NCBI RefSeq assembly: GCF_035084215.1
Contig: NC_090340.1
Location: forward strand, 3,596,001-3,660,000
Reading direction: 5' to 3'
DNA: 64,000 nt
From: Heptranchias perlo
Taxonomy: Eukaryota
A program made the position numbers and the translations under genes. Of the stretch, positions 14,455 through 26,470 are shown one piece after another; position 1 is the first letter of the stretch, and every line of letters starts with the position of its first letter. The notes beneath the pieces were generated by a model. The model made no database searches. It saw only the letters and a program-made list of their open reading frames with translations, and was not told where the DNA came from.

Positions 14455-15635
14455 TAACAGAACGAGTGGAAAAGGGTAATGCAGATGCAATATATTTGGA
14501 TTTTCTGAAGGCCCTCGATAAGGTTTCACACAGTAGACTCAAGACTCAAATCAGAGCATGTGGAGTCAGGGGACTAGCAACAGAGTGGATAGCAAGCTGG
14601 GTACAAAACAGAAAGTAGGGGTGAAGGAAAGTTGCTCAGACTGGCATATGGTGGCAAGTGATGTTCCACAACGATCGGTGCTGGGACCACTGTTGCTCAC
14701 CACTTACATAAACGATTTGGACTCGGGAATTGGAAGTACATTTTCAAAATTTGCTTATGATACCTAATTGTGGGGCATAATTAATACTGAGGAGGACCTC
14801 GACAAATTACAGAAAAGACAATAATAAACATGCAGAACGGATATGTAATTGGAAAATGAATTTAGAGGTATGAGATGGTACATTTTGGTAGGAAGAATAA
14901 AGATGCCACATAACACTTGAAAATGAGAATCTAAATGGGGCAAAGGAGCAAAGGAATGTTGGTGTACAGATTCACAAATCATTGAAAGTAGCGTCGCAAG
15001 TTAATAAGGCAATAAACAAGGCAAACGACGCACTGGTTTCATTTCTAGAGGGATAGAATTGAAATGAGTAGAAGTTATGCTAAACTTATATAGAACCTTG
15101 GTAAGACTACACTTGGACTATCGGGCATTGTTCTTGTTTCCAGCTTATAACATGATATCGAAGCACTGGAGAATTTGCAAATATGATACCAGAACTGAGA
15201 GGTTATGCCTATCAGGGAAGATTGAGCAGCGGTGGATGTTTTCCCTAGCAAAATGAAGGATATGGGGTAATTTATATTATGAAAGGTAAAGGTAGAGAAG
15301 ATGTTTCCACTTGTGAGGAAGACCAAACCGAGGGGCCAGAATTATAAGATAGTCACTAATAAATCCAACAGTGAATTCAGGAGGAACTTCCTCACCAAGA
15401 GAGTGGTTAGAATGTGGAACTCACTACCCCAAAGAGAATTTGAGGTGAATGGCATCGATGCATTTAAGGGGATGCTAGATATACACACGAGGTAGAAGGG
15501 AATATAAGGTTACACTGATAGGAATAGTTGAGGAGGAGTGGGAGGAGGCTCTGGTGGAGCATAAACACCTGCATGAACCAATTGGGTCGAATAGCCTTTT
15601 CCTGTGCTGCACATTCCACGTAATTCAATGTAAAT
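14455..15635 (+). mobile_element. CR1 3' fragment
   Basis: VPQRSVLGP, FAYD, RVVRMWNSLP. Confidence 0.8.
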
Positions 15636-18600
15636 ATCTGGAAGGTTAATGTTTAGAGAATAGGTAATAGAATGTTGGTGGTAACTCCGGTATTGTCCCT
15701 GCTGAATGCGCTGTGTAAGTTAACGCTATGCAATCTGCGAATATTTGACTGCCGCCTTCAGGTAAAATGCTTAATTTTTAATAAAAGTTCCTTTCCTCAA
15801 GCTGAGATTTATTGCCAAGATATTGGCAGAATGATTCTGTGGGTTTTGATGATTTCCTACGAAGTTCTGCAAATACGTCTTTGTCTAATTTTAAACAATT
15901 ATAATTATTTATTGTATAGGGGACTTCATGTTCCCAGATATCCATTGGCCTGCTGCTGATATTTTTCTCCCAGATATCCGTTGACCTGATACTGAACTAT
16001 CCATTGTTGGGATGCAATTTTGTGGATATTACAAATGATTGTTTTCCAGCACAACGTGGTAAGCCGGTTAGTTAGCGAAATTAGGTCATATCTTGTTGAA
16101 GATCTATGGTCAGTGTCGCAAGTCTGTCCTGAGAGCAAATTTGGTGTGAAAATGCATTGCAAGACGAAAAGTACAATCCTAATCCGATACAATGCCATGG
16201 TCCGGCCTCATCCGGAACACTTTGCACACTTTGTCTCCCCTTTTATAAGTCGGGATATCAAGACGCTGTTATAGCAGCAAAAGCAGGACCACTCGATTGA
16301 TACCAAGTTTAAGAATCCTTATTTATCAGTAAGCGCCTGAGACATTTTATTAGGTTTTAAAAATTATGAAGGGAATAGATTATGTTCCGGTGGTAGTTTA
16401 ATTAAGTACATAAGCAGACGGGAACTGAGGACATCAATATCAACTACGAAGCACAAGGTTAGGTTAGATGCCAAAAATCTTATTTTGCAGAGTTGTGGAT
16501 CTGTGGAAAAAGTGACCAGCGGCGGCGCTTCGTGGAACTTCACTACAGGCGTTCAAACGGGAGCAGGAGGAATTCCTGCGAGTGAAAGATATCTCCAGTT
16601 ATAGAGATGAGTAGATGGTATTCGTCACTTTGACAACGTCGCATTTATTTGATTGTCTGCAGAGGTCAGTGAGGAATGTTCCAGATTTATTTTATATAAA
16701 AATGGCGGAAGGTACTTTTTCTCTCTTTTCCCTCTCGCAAAAGATTTTTCGGTTGAGGCGGTGGGACGGGAGAGGTCAGTTATATTGTGGTCAGGGAAGG
16801 CTCTATTGACCATCCGGTCATTTCTTGCCCTTTTTATGTATGCTAGAATCAGATTTTTGGAGATTACATCAGAGAGAGAGAGAGAGTCGATTCAAATGTG
16901 CCAGGTTTTGAGAAACAAATGCTACTGTAAGAAGATAGAATATTTAATAGGGATAAGAACGAAATAGCGTGGAATGAGAAAAGTACATCCTTTCCAATAG
17001 ATATTGTACAATTAATTATATGATTGTGTCGGTATCATTGGCGAATCATTACAGCCATATGATCCAACAAGGTTAACTGATATGAAATGTTTTGCTGTTG
17101 AAAGAATACAGTAAAGAACAATTTCAAGGTTACGATCTTTATTAAATATTGCCAATGAGTTACGTTGCTCTGATGAGCACAGAAAGGAATATCTGGACGA
17201 ATGGATTGCTACAAAATGTTAAAAACTCAGCAACTACATTATAAAAATGATAATGTTATGAAGAATAATGACCCAAAACCCCGAACCCCGAAAACAGATC
17301 CCATTCTTGATGCAGAGGATTCCCACTGAACCACTTTAGGCTCCACTAGAAAAAACCCATCCCAATTGACTTTACCTTTTCAACAAATACAACTGTGCAC
17401 AAATTACACAATTGGATGTCTACTAAGTCGAACTAAAGGTGAAGTGTCTTCACCTTTTCAATGGCATGAGGTAGAGGGAATTGAACATGTTTAAGTTAAC
17501 CAGGAAATGAGGCAGCCTGCAGTTAACAAGAAAGTGAACTCAACAATTAACCGCAAAATGTTCCGTTAAGTGGAATGCGTTACCTTGGGTAACCACTACG
17601 ATTTATGATGAGTAATAAACACACTCGCTATTCAGTCTCAAACTTTTCAACAAGGCAAGCTAGTCACTACATCTTGCGGTTTAGCTGCAGAAGCTGCAGC
17701 AATTAAATCCAAAAATAACTATGTAAAGAAATTAAATATAGCCAATTTAGTGCTTGAGTCGCTTCTATTTAAGGAAACGTTAGTAAAAGGATCATCTTGA
17801 ATAACACAGTATCAACTTAACTATCTCACTGGTATACTTGAAGAAACAAGATTTAGTTTACTGCTGTATTAATTGGATGAACGCTTCAGACCTCATTGTA
17901 AATTAACACAGCATTTTCATTGCATTGGACATTAAGCACAGGAAGGTGAAACAATTTGAGAACCTTCTGTTGTTGAATTTTCTCTCACATTCACCCAGTC
18001 TCCTGGTGTCACTTGTGAGTCTGCTTCATGCTCCTTCAGGAAATAGATCAGTGAGGGATACAGGAGCAAACCTAACACACATATACAGTATCACAGTACT
18101 TTGGAGGGCACTGACACTATTCAATAGCATGTGTTAAATGAAATTCAATAAAAGGACCTCAGTGTTACTTATGCGTTACTGATTCTTCGTATTTGGTTAA
18201 GAGGCCAGTAATAAACCCTTTATCCCGAGATCGGAATTATAAATTACAATAAACAACTAAGCGTTTTATACCACATAATATGGCGCATCCAATATATAAA
18301 CAATTTACTGTAAAGCGTATCAGTTGGTTGACTAAAATAATATAAGGCAAGACTGAAGGTCCATTAATAACAACTTGTAACAAGCACTTTAATAAGTACG
18401 TTTTGCCATCTACATTTTACCGCCCCACAATCACAGTGGAGAATTTTGGACGATTTGTTGTTTTAATTGTTGAAGAAAGAAGAATTAGATAGCCATTATG
18501 TAGGAAAAAAACAAGTCCTCTTACATTGGTCATTTGATATTTAATTGAGACTCATCCGGGGAAGCTGACAAAATGCCTTTAATTCCATAGGAGAGTAATG

Positions 18601-20029
18601 CAAACTTATTCAAAATGGCCTAAAAACGAGCCCCCGATCTGGCACTTAGTGACATTCCGTTTCACTGAACGCCAATGTGAAGCCTTTCACTGGGACCCAC
18701 GCCCTATAACCACTCCCTTACCCCACCTCGCCCCTAGCAGCACGAACTCGATTCAACTCCCTTGATAACAAAGTCTGAATACTTCATACTAAAGCCAGAC
18801 CGAGAAAAAAATGGGAAAATCAACTTAACTTACTAAGGACAGAGAATTTAATATTTTATCATAATATGCAGAAATGTAACGTTGTTAAAATGAATCGGAC
18901 CAATTTAAATCCATTAAGCTTTTGAAGGAATACTCACAGATCCTGTAACTATTAGATTATAAACTAGTCACTTAATATCCATTGTAGGGAGAAGCTTATT
19001 TTTGGGAATGGATATTTTCGTGTAAGAAACAAGAAATAAAAAAAAGCGTTCACAAGAAACATGCCATATTGCGCACTTCGACGCTTTTAATGTCGAAACT
19101 CAGATTTTTGTATACAGATATACAATGTTGCTACAGAAATAGAGATATGTGTAGAGAGTTATATACTTTTATTGCATAAATTGAGCTGTGTGTTGTTCTT
19201 TATTTCGTGGCTGAAATACAGCAACGTATACAGTTATACACTTCCACCGAATATCAGTGAAGCTGTTGCCACATTTAGAAGATCGAAATATAACAGTTAT
19301 TGACGTGAGTGAAATGTCCAGAGCCATTTTAATTTTAAATGTAAGGTACACAGAGAGGCATGCGTCAACGTTAAAAATGCAATGCTATTGGAAATACAAA
19401 AATAGAAATAGATTTTAATCGAACTAAATATATTTTGACTCTCCCTTACAGGGATAGCATTACCTCTGCAAAACAAAAATCCAGTTAACATGGATGAGTG
19501 TTTGGGTTTATTTTTAGAATTTTAGCTACTAGACTCCAAGAGGAGGAACACACACATGATGTGATATCGTGTAATCTCGTTCGAGTAATAGAGTAAGGTA
19601 TAAGAAGTGCTAACACTTTTTTGAAAAGTGTTAATTTGGGATTCTCTAATATTCAAATCACATATGAACATTATATTCAAATATGATTTAAAGTATATGC
19701 ACTAAATAATCAGGAAAAATGTTAGGGTCGATTTTGCGAGATACATATTGAACGTGACAATAATTAAAATAATATAAAATGGAAACTTTGGTGAATAACT
19801 CTGTACAATAACGATTAAATTGATCAGCCGCTGTTACTGCACATTGTGTTGCTCTATGTTTCGTTTAATGCCACCAATGATTTTATTTCCTAGTTTTAGA
19901 GTAGATGAAAGTTGATACCTTAATTCAGTGACATAATGCAGAACAGAGTAACCACTAACGGACAGAACTGCGTGATGATCGGTAAATTATTTTCTTATGG
20001 TTCTGCTAGCCACTTCCGTTGTTCTCTAT

Positions 20030-20535
20030 TAGGAACATATGAACATAAGAATACAGGAACAGGAGTAGGCCATTCAGCCCCTCGAGCCTGCTCCGACATT
20101 TGATAAGATCATGGCCGATCTGTGATCTAACTCCATATACTTGCCTTTTGCCCATATCCCTTAATACATTTGGTTGCCAAAAAGCTATCGATCTCAGATT
20201 TAAATTTAGCAATTGAGCTGGCATCAATTGCCGTTTGCGTTAGAGAGTTCCAAACTTCTACCACCCTTTGTGTCTAGAAATGTTTTCTAACCCTGAAAGG
20301 TCTCACTCCTGAAAGGTCTGGCTCTAATTTTTAGACTGGGCCCCCTACTCCTAGAATCCCCAACCAGCGGAAATAGTTTCTCTCTATCCACCCTATCTGT
20401 TCTCGTTAATATCTTATAAACTTCGATCAGATCACCCCTTAACCTTCTAAACTCTAGAGAATACAACCCCAATTTGTGTAATCTCTCCTCGTAACTGAAC
20501 CCTTGAAGTCCAGGAATCATTCTAGTAAACCTACA
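20030..20535 (-). mobile_element. CR1 3' fragment
   Basis: YEERLHKLGLYSLEFRRLRGDLIEVYKI. Confidence 0.85.
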
Positions 20536-20579
20536 TTATTGTTCCTCAATAACTGATGACTTAATAATTGAAAGCGACA

Positions 20580-20585
20580 TTTATT
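20580..20585 (-). promoter_or_regulatory. Candidate polyadenylation signal of the receptor gene
   Basis: AATAAA on the minus strand ~545 nt past the stop codon, just before a CR1 fragment. Confidence 0.35.
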
Positions 20586-21128
20586 TAACTGCACGAATTA
20601 TGCATTAAATAACTGACAGCCTTTCCAAAACACCCTGCACCACTGTAAAAAAATCAACAGATCAGTAAATCTATAGATAGAAAACGATAGTTAACTCAGT
20701 TTGAGATCATTGAATATGCAATATTAAGATGGAAAATACAGAGACAAGTAGAAAAAGAATACGCGAATTAGAGATGAGTAAGAGGAGATATTCGGCTGGA
20801 ATACTCAAGAAAAATGTGATAAATTGTTAGTTTCTAATTGAAATGCCCCTACTATCTTAAACAATTGTTTTCAGCAGCGTTTCCACTGAGAAGGGATACC
20901 GAATTTTACAATGGTAACTTTTACTTAAATTAAGATTTCTACAAAGTCTCAAGGTACCCGCAATTATAATTACATTCTAAACTACAGATCTGTGTTGCTT
21001 CTTGACGTGAACAAGGCAAAGAAATTACGTACAAGGTCCAACTATACAAACCTTTGAAAGCGCCATAATAGATAGTAAAACGCAACCGTTGAACAACAGT
21101 AAAATGGGTGCCACATTGATAATTAATG

Positions 21129-21302
21129 TTATGGGTCCTTGGCATCTGTGTGGATACCCGCGGTTACTCCTCTTTGCGTTGTTGTCCTCAGTTCAGCATA
21201 CTCTGTATTCTTGTCCTTAGTTTTGAGCGTTCCCTTTTTCTTTGACCCATTCAGTTCGAGAGCGGCATATGTCAGCTTGTTATCAGCTCTCGCCTGTTTG
21301 GT
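21129..21302 (-). CDS. Exon 7, terminal ITIM/ITSM module (LTYAAL ... TEYAEL)
   Basis: Acceptor ggcttcacag, phase 0, TAA at 21131-21129. Confidence 0.88.
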   Translation of the reverse strand, partial: TKQARADNKLTYAALELNGSKKKGTLKTKDKNTEYAELRTTTQRGVTAGIHTDAKDP

Positions 21303-24300
21303 CTGTGAAGCCAACGTTTTGGAATATCGTTAGCTCATTGTTTTTAATATGCACTTGTATAATAATGCCCATTCTAAAACCAGTCTTAATTTAAAATAAC
21401 AAACGTGAGCTCAACCACATTTATTGCACCACCCCTCGAATCTTAGTTCGACAAGGGCGATGCATGGCTCTGCTGTGGTTCTCAGCCGTACCTGGGCATA
21501 AACTGTCCTCTCCTCTGGGCATTTAACTCTTGTCGTTAGCTTGGAACTGGTCAAATCTAATGCGGCATAAGTCATCATTTCATCTGTTGTTCCCTTCATT
21601 AATTGCAAAACATCAGTATATTATTGTTATATTCTAAGTAAAGTACGGAATTAAATAAAGAATGGGAATGATGAGAATTAAAATGATGCTTCATTTTTCC
21701 CAGGTTCATGAGAAATTATGTCTTAAATGGATCTCGGATTCCTTAATCGTGTCTGTGTATATTCCCCTTGTTTTACCAATTGTCTCCCTTTCGTTGTTCA
21801 AGGCGCTGACACTTGCTGAGATCCGACGATTGGCTACCTCTGATACCTCGCTCAGTGGCCAATCTTCATGTGTGAGCCCAGGCAGTGATTGAGTAATAGA
21901 TTCTACCCTGGAAGACAACGCAGCGCAGGACGATCATGTCACCACGAAAAGTCCACGCAGACTCGCAGACTTTCCACCAGGAGTTACTGGACAACGGTCA
22001 GGAACTGTGTCTTTCCCCTTCCTGGCCCAGGAATGTCGATGTCAACTGCAAAGTGCATATGTTTTCAAGCAAACGTACAGCGTTTTCGCAAAGTTTGTCA
22101 TTACCACTGCCGCCATCACAACAAGGAATTCATATTTTGTGAACGTACACTAAATTTTAGCGAAATGTGAAAGATATTTGTACTAAATGGAGTTAGCGTG
22201 TAATGACTTGATTATAGAACGCCGAAGTTGTCCCTTCCTTAGTCGAAATACCTGGTCCATTGAATGATGTAAACCTACCCGCTCTTCATGACGGCCTGAA
22301 CTCTCCACAGATCTCCCCGCTCCTAGCAATGAATGAAATTAAAATTCCTTCATGAAAATATGCATTCAAGTTATGCATCAAGTTGTAAAGACATTCTGAT
22401 AGATTGTTTTCAAGGTTAAGCATTTCTTTCAATATATTATTTGGAAACTGAAACGCTGCAGTATTCAAAAGTTGCACATTGACTTCAGAGTCCAGCGGTA
22501 CTCTTAATCTATCGGATATCTCTTCAATTTGAGAAGAATAGAGGCGAAAATGTAACGCTTTCTATAAAGGGCGACCGATCCGGAAGTGCAGTTTTACGCC
22601 CACATCAAAAGTTCAAAATGTACTCCTTCGTGTTTGACGCTCGGCAGTCCGGATATTGATATTTGTCAAAATGCAGCACCAGACAAAGCGATTATAAATA
22701 CACCAGACTGCAACCAGCACTCCACGGTGCAAAATATAAAGGTAAATTCATTAATTCTATGAAGAACTGGATTTCAAGAAGTGAATTTATTGCTATGTTC
22801 ACGAACCTGATGCAATATAGATGATAGTTAATAATCAAATAATTGTGCTTCTACTTAACCCTGACCACACTCGCTGTGAAATAAATGTGAACTAAATGGG
22901 TAATGTCTTACCGTTCCTTATTTTTAGTTGGCGGCGACTCCCAATGACGAACGCCAGCAGCAGAAATGTTAGTCCACCCCCCGTACATCCAGAAATGAGC
23001 AAATGCTTCGAAGTATTGTTATCGCCTGCTAGAATACATAAAATATCGGCAAAAATTACTATGTGATGTAGATAATGTTCTTCAATCAAATCATTTATAA
23101 AGTGACAATTTTCAGCAATGTTGTAATGACCTGGTGTGGCCCGGATTAGTAATTTGTGGATTCCTATCTGCACCTGTCGATAGGGTCAAATATTCATCTC
23201 AGAACTGGTTTCACAGAAAAGCCAAATGGAGGCCTGGTCAGTGGTCATGTTAGCAGAGGCCTGGGATTAGAAAGCAAGACTACAGCCCAGGATAATCGAG
23301 GTTGATGCAGAGAAACAAAATAATGTTAGAAAGTATAAAGTGGAGACAAAACGTACGGAATATTAAATTTAGAAGTGACAATCTGACGACTGAAACCAAC
23401 AGTCTGAATTTTACAATTCTTGCCATCAAATGATTGAGAATCGCTGATATTTTAGCAATAAATAAATTGCCTTTAATAACTGCCTACAGTGATTGCATTG
23501 AAAATATAATTTCCATTTACCATATAATTAGTGATACATTACTGCTTTGCTAACTTAGACACATCAATGGATTTTTGCTCCCTGTGAAGACAAAGTGAAG
23601 CAGTGAGCAACTATTCCCTCCATGGAGTCGAACTCCGCTTCTCTCGGAGTCTGATCCTGACTCCGGATGTACAGTACAGGTTTGGCTCCGGTGCTAATCT
23701 AAACGGATTCCTACCAACGCTAAACTTGCAGTATAAATGTACACGTATTTAACTCAAGTTCATTTTGTTTGTGAGAATGACGGCACCTTACCTATGTTTG
23801 AAATGTGGACAATGAAAGTCACATTAGCTGGAGCCGGGAGGGTAAAGTGAGACACTTGACAAGTATAAATAGCCCCGCTCCGTAAGGACTGTGTCTCCTT
23901 CAACAAGCTGGAAACTTCATACAGTCCGTCTATGTTCAACGTTGTGGTTGTCTCTATGCCGATCACAATCTCAATCCCATCTTTGTACCAAGTGAGGGAG
24001 AGAGCCTCCGGGTAAAATGTATCAGTTTTACACACGAGATTCAGACTGGATAAATTTACTTCAGGTACTTTTGTGAAAATCCTCAATGGAGTTGGCGGAA
24101 CTGTGGAATAAAAGTCAGACAGGAAAGAAATAGCCTTTTTTATATTGTGTTTTTGAGCTTACAAAATATCTGCTCTTTATTTGTTGTCCTTAAACAAGAT
24201 GCCATTAATTATCTTAGTATCGAATAACTGCTGCGAAATTGTATTCATTCGATGAAAACTAATTAACCAAGATATTTTGGAAGGAACACAATATTTCACT

Positions 24301-26179
24301 TCTATGGCAGTTTTCTATCACTAATTTGCAGGGCTATGGGAAGAGTGTGGTGAGTGGGACTAATTGGATAGCTCTTTTAAAGCGACACGATGGGCCCAAT
24401 GGCCCCCTTCACAGATCTATGATTCCATGTCTCTCAGATTCTATAGCCGATGAAGTTTGATATTTTTGTCAATAAATGTCCAATACAAACATTTTTAAAG
24501 AGTCAGAAAGACAGGTTAGTATTTAATAGGACGAAGCATCGTGAGCAGCTAATCTCGGAATCTAATTTTGGCTTCCACCGCGCAAAAAGAATAGCCACCA
24601 CCCTCAAAAAAATCGATTTACATTTCAAACCAAATATCTTTAGTTTTCTGTCCGTTGAAAAGATTGGCAGAAATATTCAAATTTTTATTTGGTAACCTTT
24701 TTTTTTGAAAGCGAAGAAGGTGGTTTTGCAGAATTTGAAACAGGAAGGTCGTTGAGAACATAACCATAGTAAAAAAAATGTTACAACGTCATATTTTATC
24801 TTTGAACGAGTTTGAGTGTGAGCAAGTGCGGGTTACCCGCATTCGTATTCCGAGATACTGCTGTGCCCATCCCGAGACATAACACGGGAAAGCTGAACTC
24901 ATAATATGGGAGCCGTCTTGGAAGTCACATTAACAAGTCCTAATTTAATGCGCTCCATGCATTTTTAAAATATGATTGGATCCAGACTTCATACTTGATG
25001 AAGATATTTAGAGAAAAGTAGTAACGCACCACTGTTGCTGCGCGCGTTTTTAGCCAAAATTTCAGTAAAGGTGCAAATATTTATGAAAAGGAAAATAAGA
25101 CATAATCATCCAATTTTGCAATAAATTTTAATGGAATTTTTGAAAGAAATATTGAAAGCTACTTGAGATCAAAACAAATCATGAACAGATCTGCACCAAA
25201 AGTGCTCTAAGCTACAGGGCTACGGACCCGGTGCTGGAAGGTGGGATTAGAATGCTTGTTCTTCGAGCCGGCGCGGACACGATGGGCCGAATGGCCCCTT
25301 CCGTGCTGTATCTTTTCTATGGTTTCGATGGTTCTATCTTAGATCTATTTAGGGCGCATTGAAGCAGTTCTAAGCGTAGCGATATAAGAACTGGAAAACG
25401 AATTAAAATGATTATAGACACTCTGTTAACACGTGTTTGGAATAAACTCCTTCTTTCACACTTTGGCATCAATGAAATTACTCAATTAAATAATGATACC
25501 GGTGAGTATATAACCCAATAGAGTAAGGAATGTATGTACTTCAAGGGGACGCTTAAGTTAAATGGTGCATAACCATTAAGTAGCATGGATTGAAAATGCA
25601 GTTTGCTGAAACATTTTAAGTCCAACATGATAACAAGAACACCGAACATCTCTGTGTTGTAGTTCTTTCTCCTTCACAGTTTTACTTACCGGAGACTTTG
25701 ATCGTTGAGCCCGTTCCATTTATAATCCTGCCTCCCAGGGTTCTCACTCCGCAGTAATAGACCCCAGAGTCCTGCCGACTGATATTCAGAAGATGAAAGG
25801 AGGCTCCCCCTTGTTTAAAAAGGCGAAATCTATACCTCCTTTCGGAGACAGTTTGCAGAAAGTTACTTTCGCCAAGTTTCCACCAGTAAACATCTGAGTT
25901 ATCTTGAAAAATAGGGGATGTGCAATAGAAGGTGATGTTCGAGCCTACGAGCGGGCTCTTGGTTTCAGGAGTTTGGGAGACTCGAACCTGAGCGTCAATA
26001 GCAACTGTCAAGAAAGCACAACGATAATTATATGGAAGACACGAAGGAAGAATGAGAGAGGTCAAATTAACAGGATATTAAAAATGGGCAGAGCGACAGC
26101 AGAGGGAGGAAGAGAAGACAATACCTGTGCACATAATCCCCAGGACCCAGATGAACTGAGGTACAGCGCGTACAGACAT
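21129..26179 (-). CDS. Ig-superfamily inhibitory receptor, V(J)-C1-TM-ITIM/ITSM (SIRP-like), 7 exons: 26179-26125, 26004-25690, 24100-23792, 23025-22912, 22322-22279, 21593-21492, 21302-21129; ~370 aa
   Basis: GT-AG introns with compatible phases (1,1,1,1,0,0); exon lengths sum to 1113 nt with no internal stop. Signal peptide MSVRAVPQFIWVLGIMCTVAIDA; V domain; C1 domain; TM; four Tyr motifs. The exon-6 acceptor is the least certain junction. Confidence 0.88.
21492..21593 (-). CDS. Exon 6, first ITIM/ITSM module (MTYAAL ... TVYAQ)
   Basis: ORF 21411-21608; donor CAG|GTACGG at 21491; in-frame AG acceptor at 21595-21594, with a possibly decayed ttttgcaa acceptor 9 nt upstream. Confidence 0.7.
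22279..22322 (-). CDS. Exon 5, short cytoplasmic exon (GAGRSVESSGRHEER)
   Basis: Acceptor ttcattgctag, donor CGG|GTAGGT; 44 nt converts phase 1 to phase 0 as the ITIM exons require. Confidence 0.75.
22912..23025 (-). CDS. Exon 4, transmembrane
   Basis: Acceptor ttctagcag (tandem NAGNAG), donor CG|GTAAGA, 114 nt; LLISGCTGGGLTFLLLAFVIG followed by basic SRRQLKIR; no charged TM residue. Confidence 0.9.
23792..24100 (-). CDS. Exon 3, Ig C1-set domain
   Basis: Acceptor ttattccacag, donor AG|GTAAGG, 309 nt; LVC..FYP..LTWYKDG..NIDGLYEVSSLL..YTCQVSH C1 signature. Confidence 0.95.
25200..25335 (+). mobile_element. Short CR1 3' end in intron 2 of the receptor gene (another at ~24328-24430)
   Basis: gacacgatgggccgaatggcc..ttctatgg tail. 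Confidence 0.6.
25690..26004 (-). CDS. Exon 2, Ig V-set domain with J-like G strand
   Basis: Acceptor tttcttgacag, donor CG|GTAAGT, 315 nt; VSQTP...ITFYC...VYWWK...LLNISRQDSGVYYC...NGTGSTIKVS. Confidence 0.95.
26125..26179 (-). CDS. Exon 1, leader (MSVRAVPQFIWVLGIMCT)
   Basis: ATG at 26179; 55 nt ending CAG|GTATTG (phase 1); 120-nt intron to the V exon. Confidence 0.85.
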
Positions 26180-26350
26180 ATTGAACACTGAAAATCAACC
26201 TCTCTGCTGTGAATACCTACTGTCATTTAAAATCAAAAGGTATGCACATAAGCTGATGTGAACCAGAGGAAATGACACGCAGTATCACCGGGCGTAATTG
26301 GAGCTGTCAGATGACGCGCTTATTTGAAGACTGCAGTGCTCACTTTCCCC
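26180..26350 (-). promoter_or_regulatory. Proximal promoter region of the receptor gene
   Basis: Immediately upstream of the ATG; GAGGAA ETS/PU.1-type core at ~26266-26272 and GGGGAAAGTG (NF-kB/IRF-like) at 26341-26350; motif-level evidence only. Confidence 0.35.
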
Positions 26351-26470
26351 GAAGACCCATTCGGACGGAGGTGCACCGGATATTCCATTCCGCCTGCCCG
26401 ATAACTTCGCAGCTGACCCCAGTTAATTTCGTGGGTCACAACCAATTATTTAATGTGCTAAGCTTCCGTT

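Larger units (their letters stand above)
10138..16260. repeat. Old tandem duplication (unit A ~10138-13900, unit B ~13908-16260)
   Basis: Collinear diverged blocks 10138-10500~13908-14300, 12720-12870~14300-14445, 12880-13010~15648-15775, 13380-13860~15783-16260. Confidence 0.75.

Noticed and set aside
21706-21918. Extra cytoplasmic exon of the receptor (acceptor-like gtcttccag near 21908)
   Set aside because: Phase 0 entry from exon 5 hits a TGA; the open frame needs an incompatible phase
23624-23690. Short GGAGTC/GACTCC palindromic cluster in intron 3
   Set aside because: Too short and degenerate to call a MITE or structured RNA
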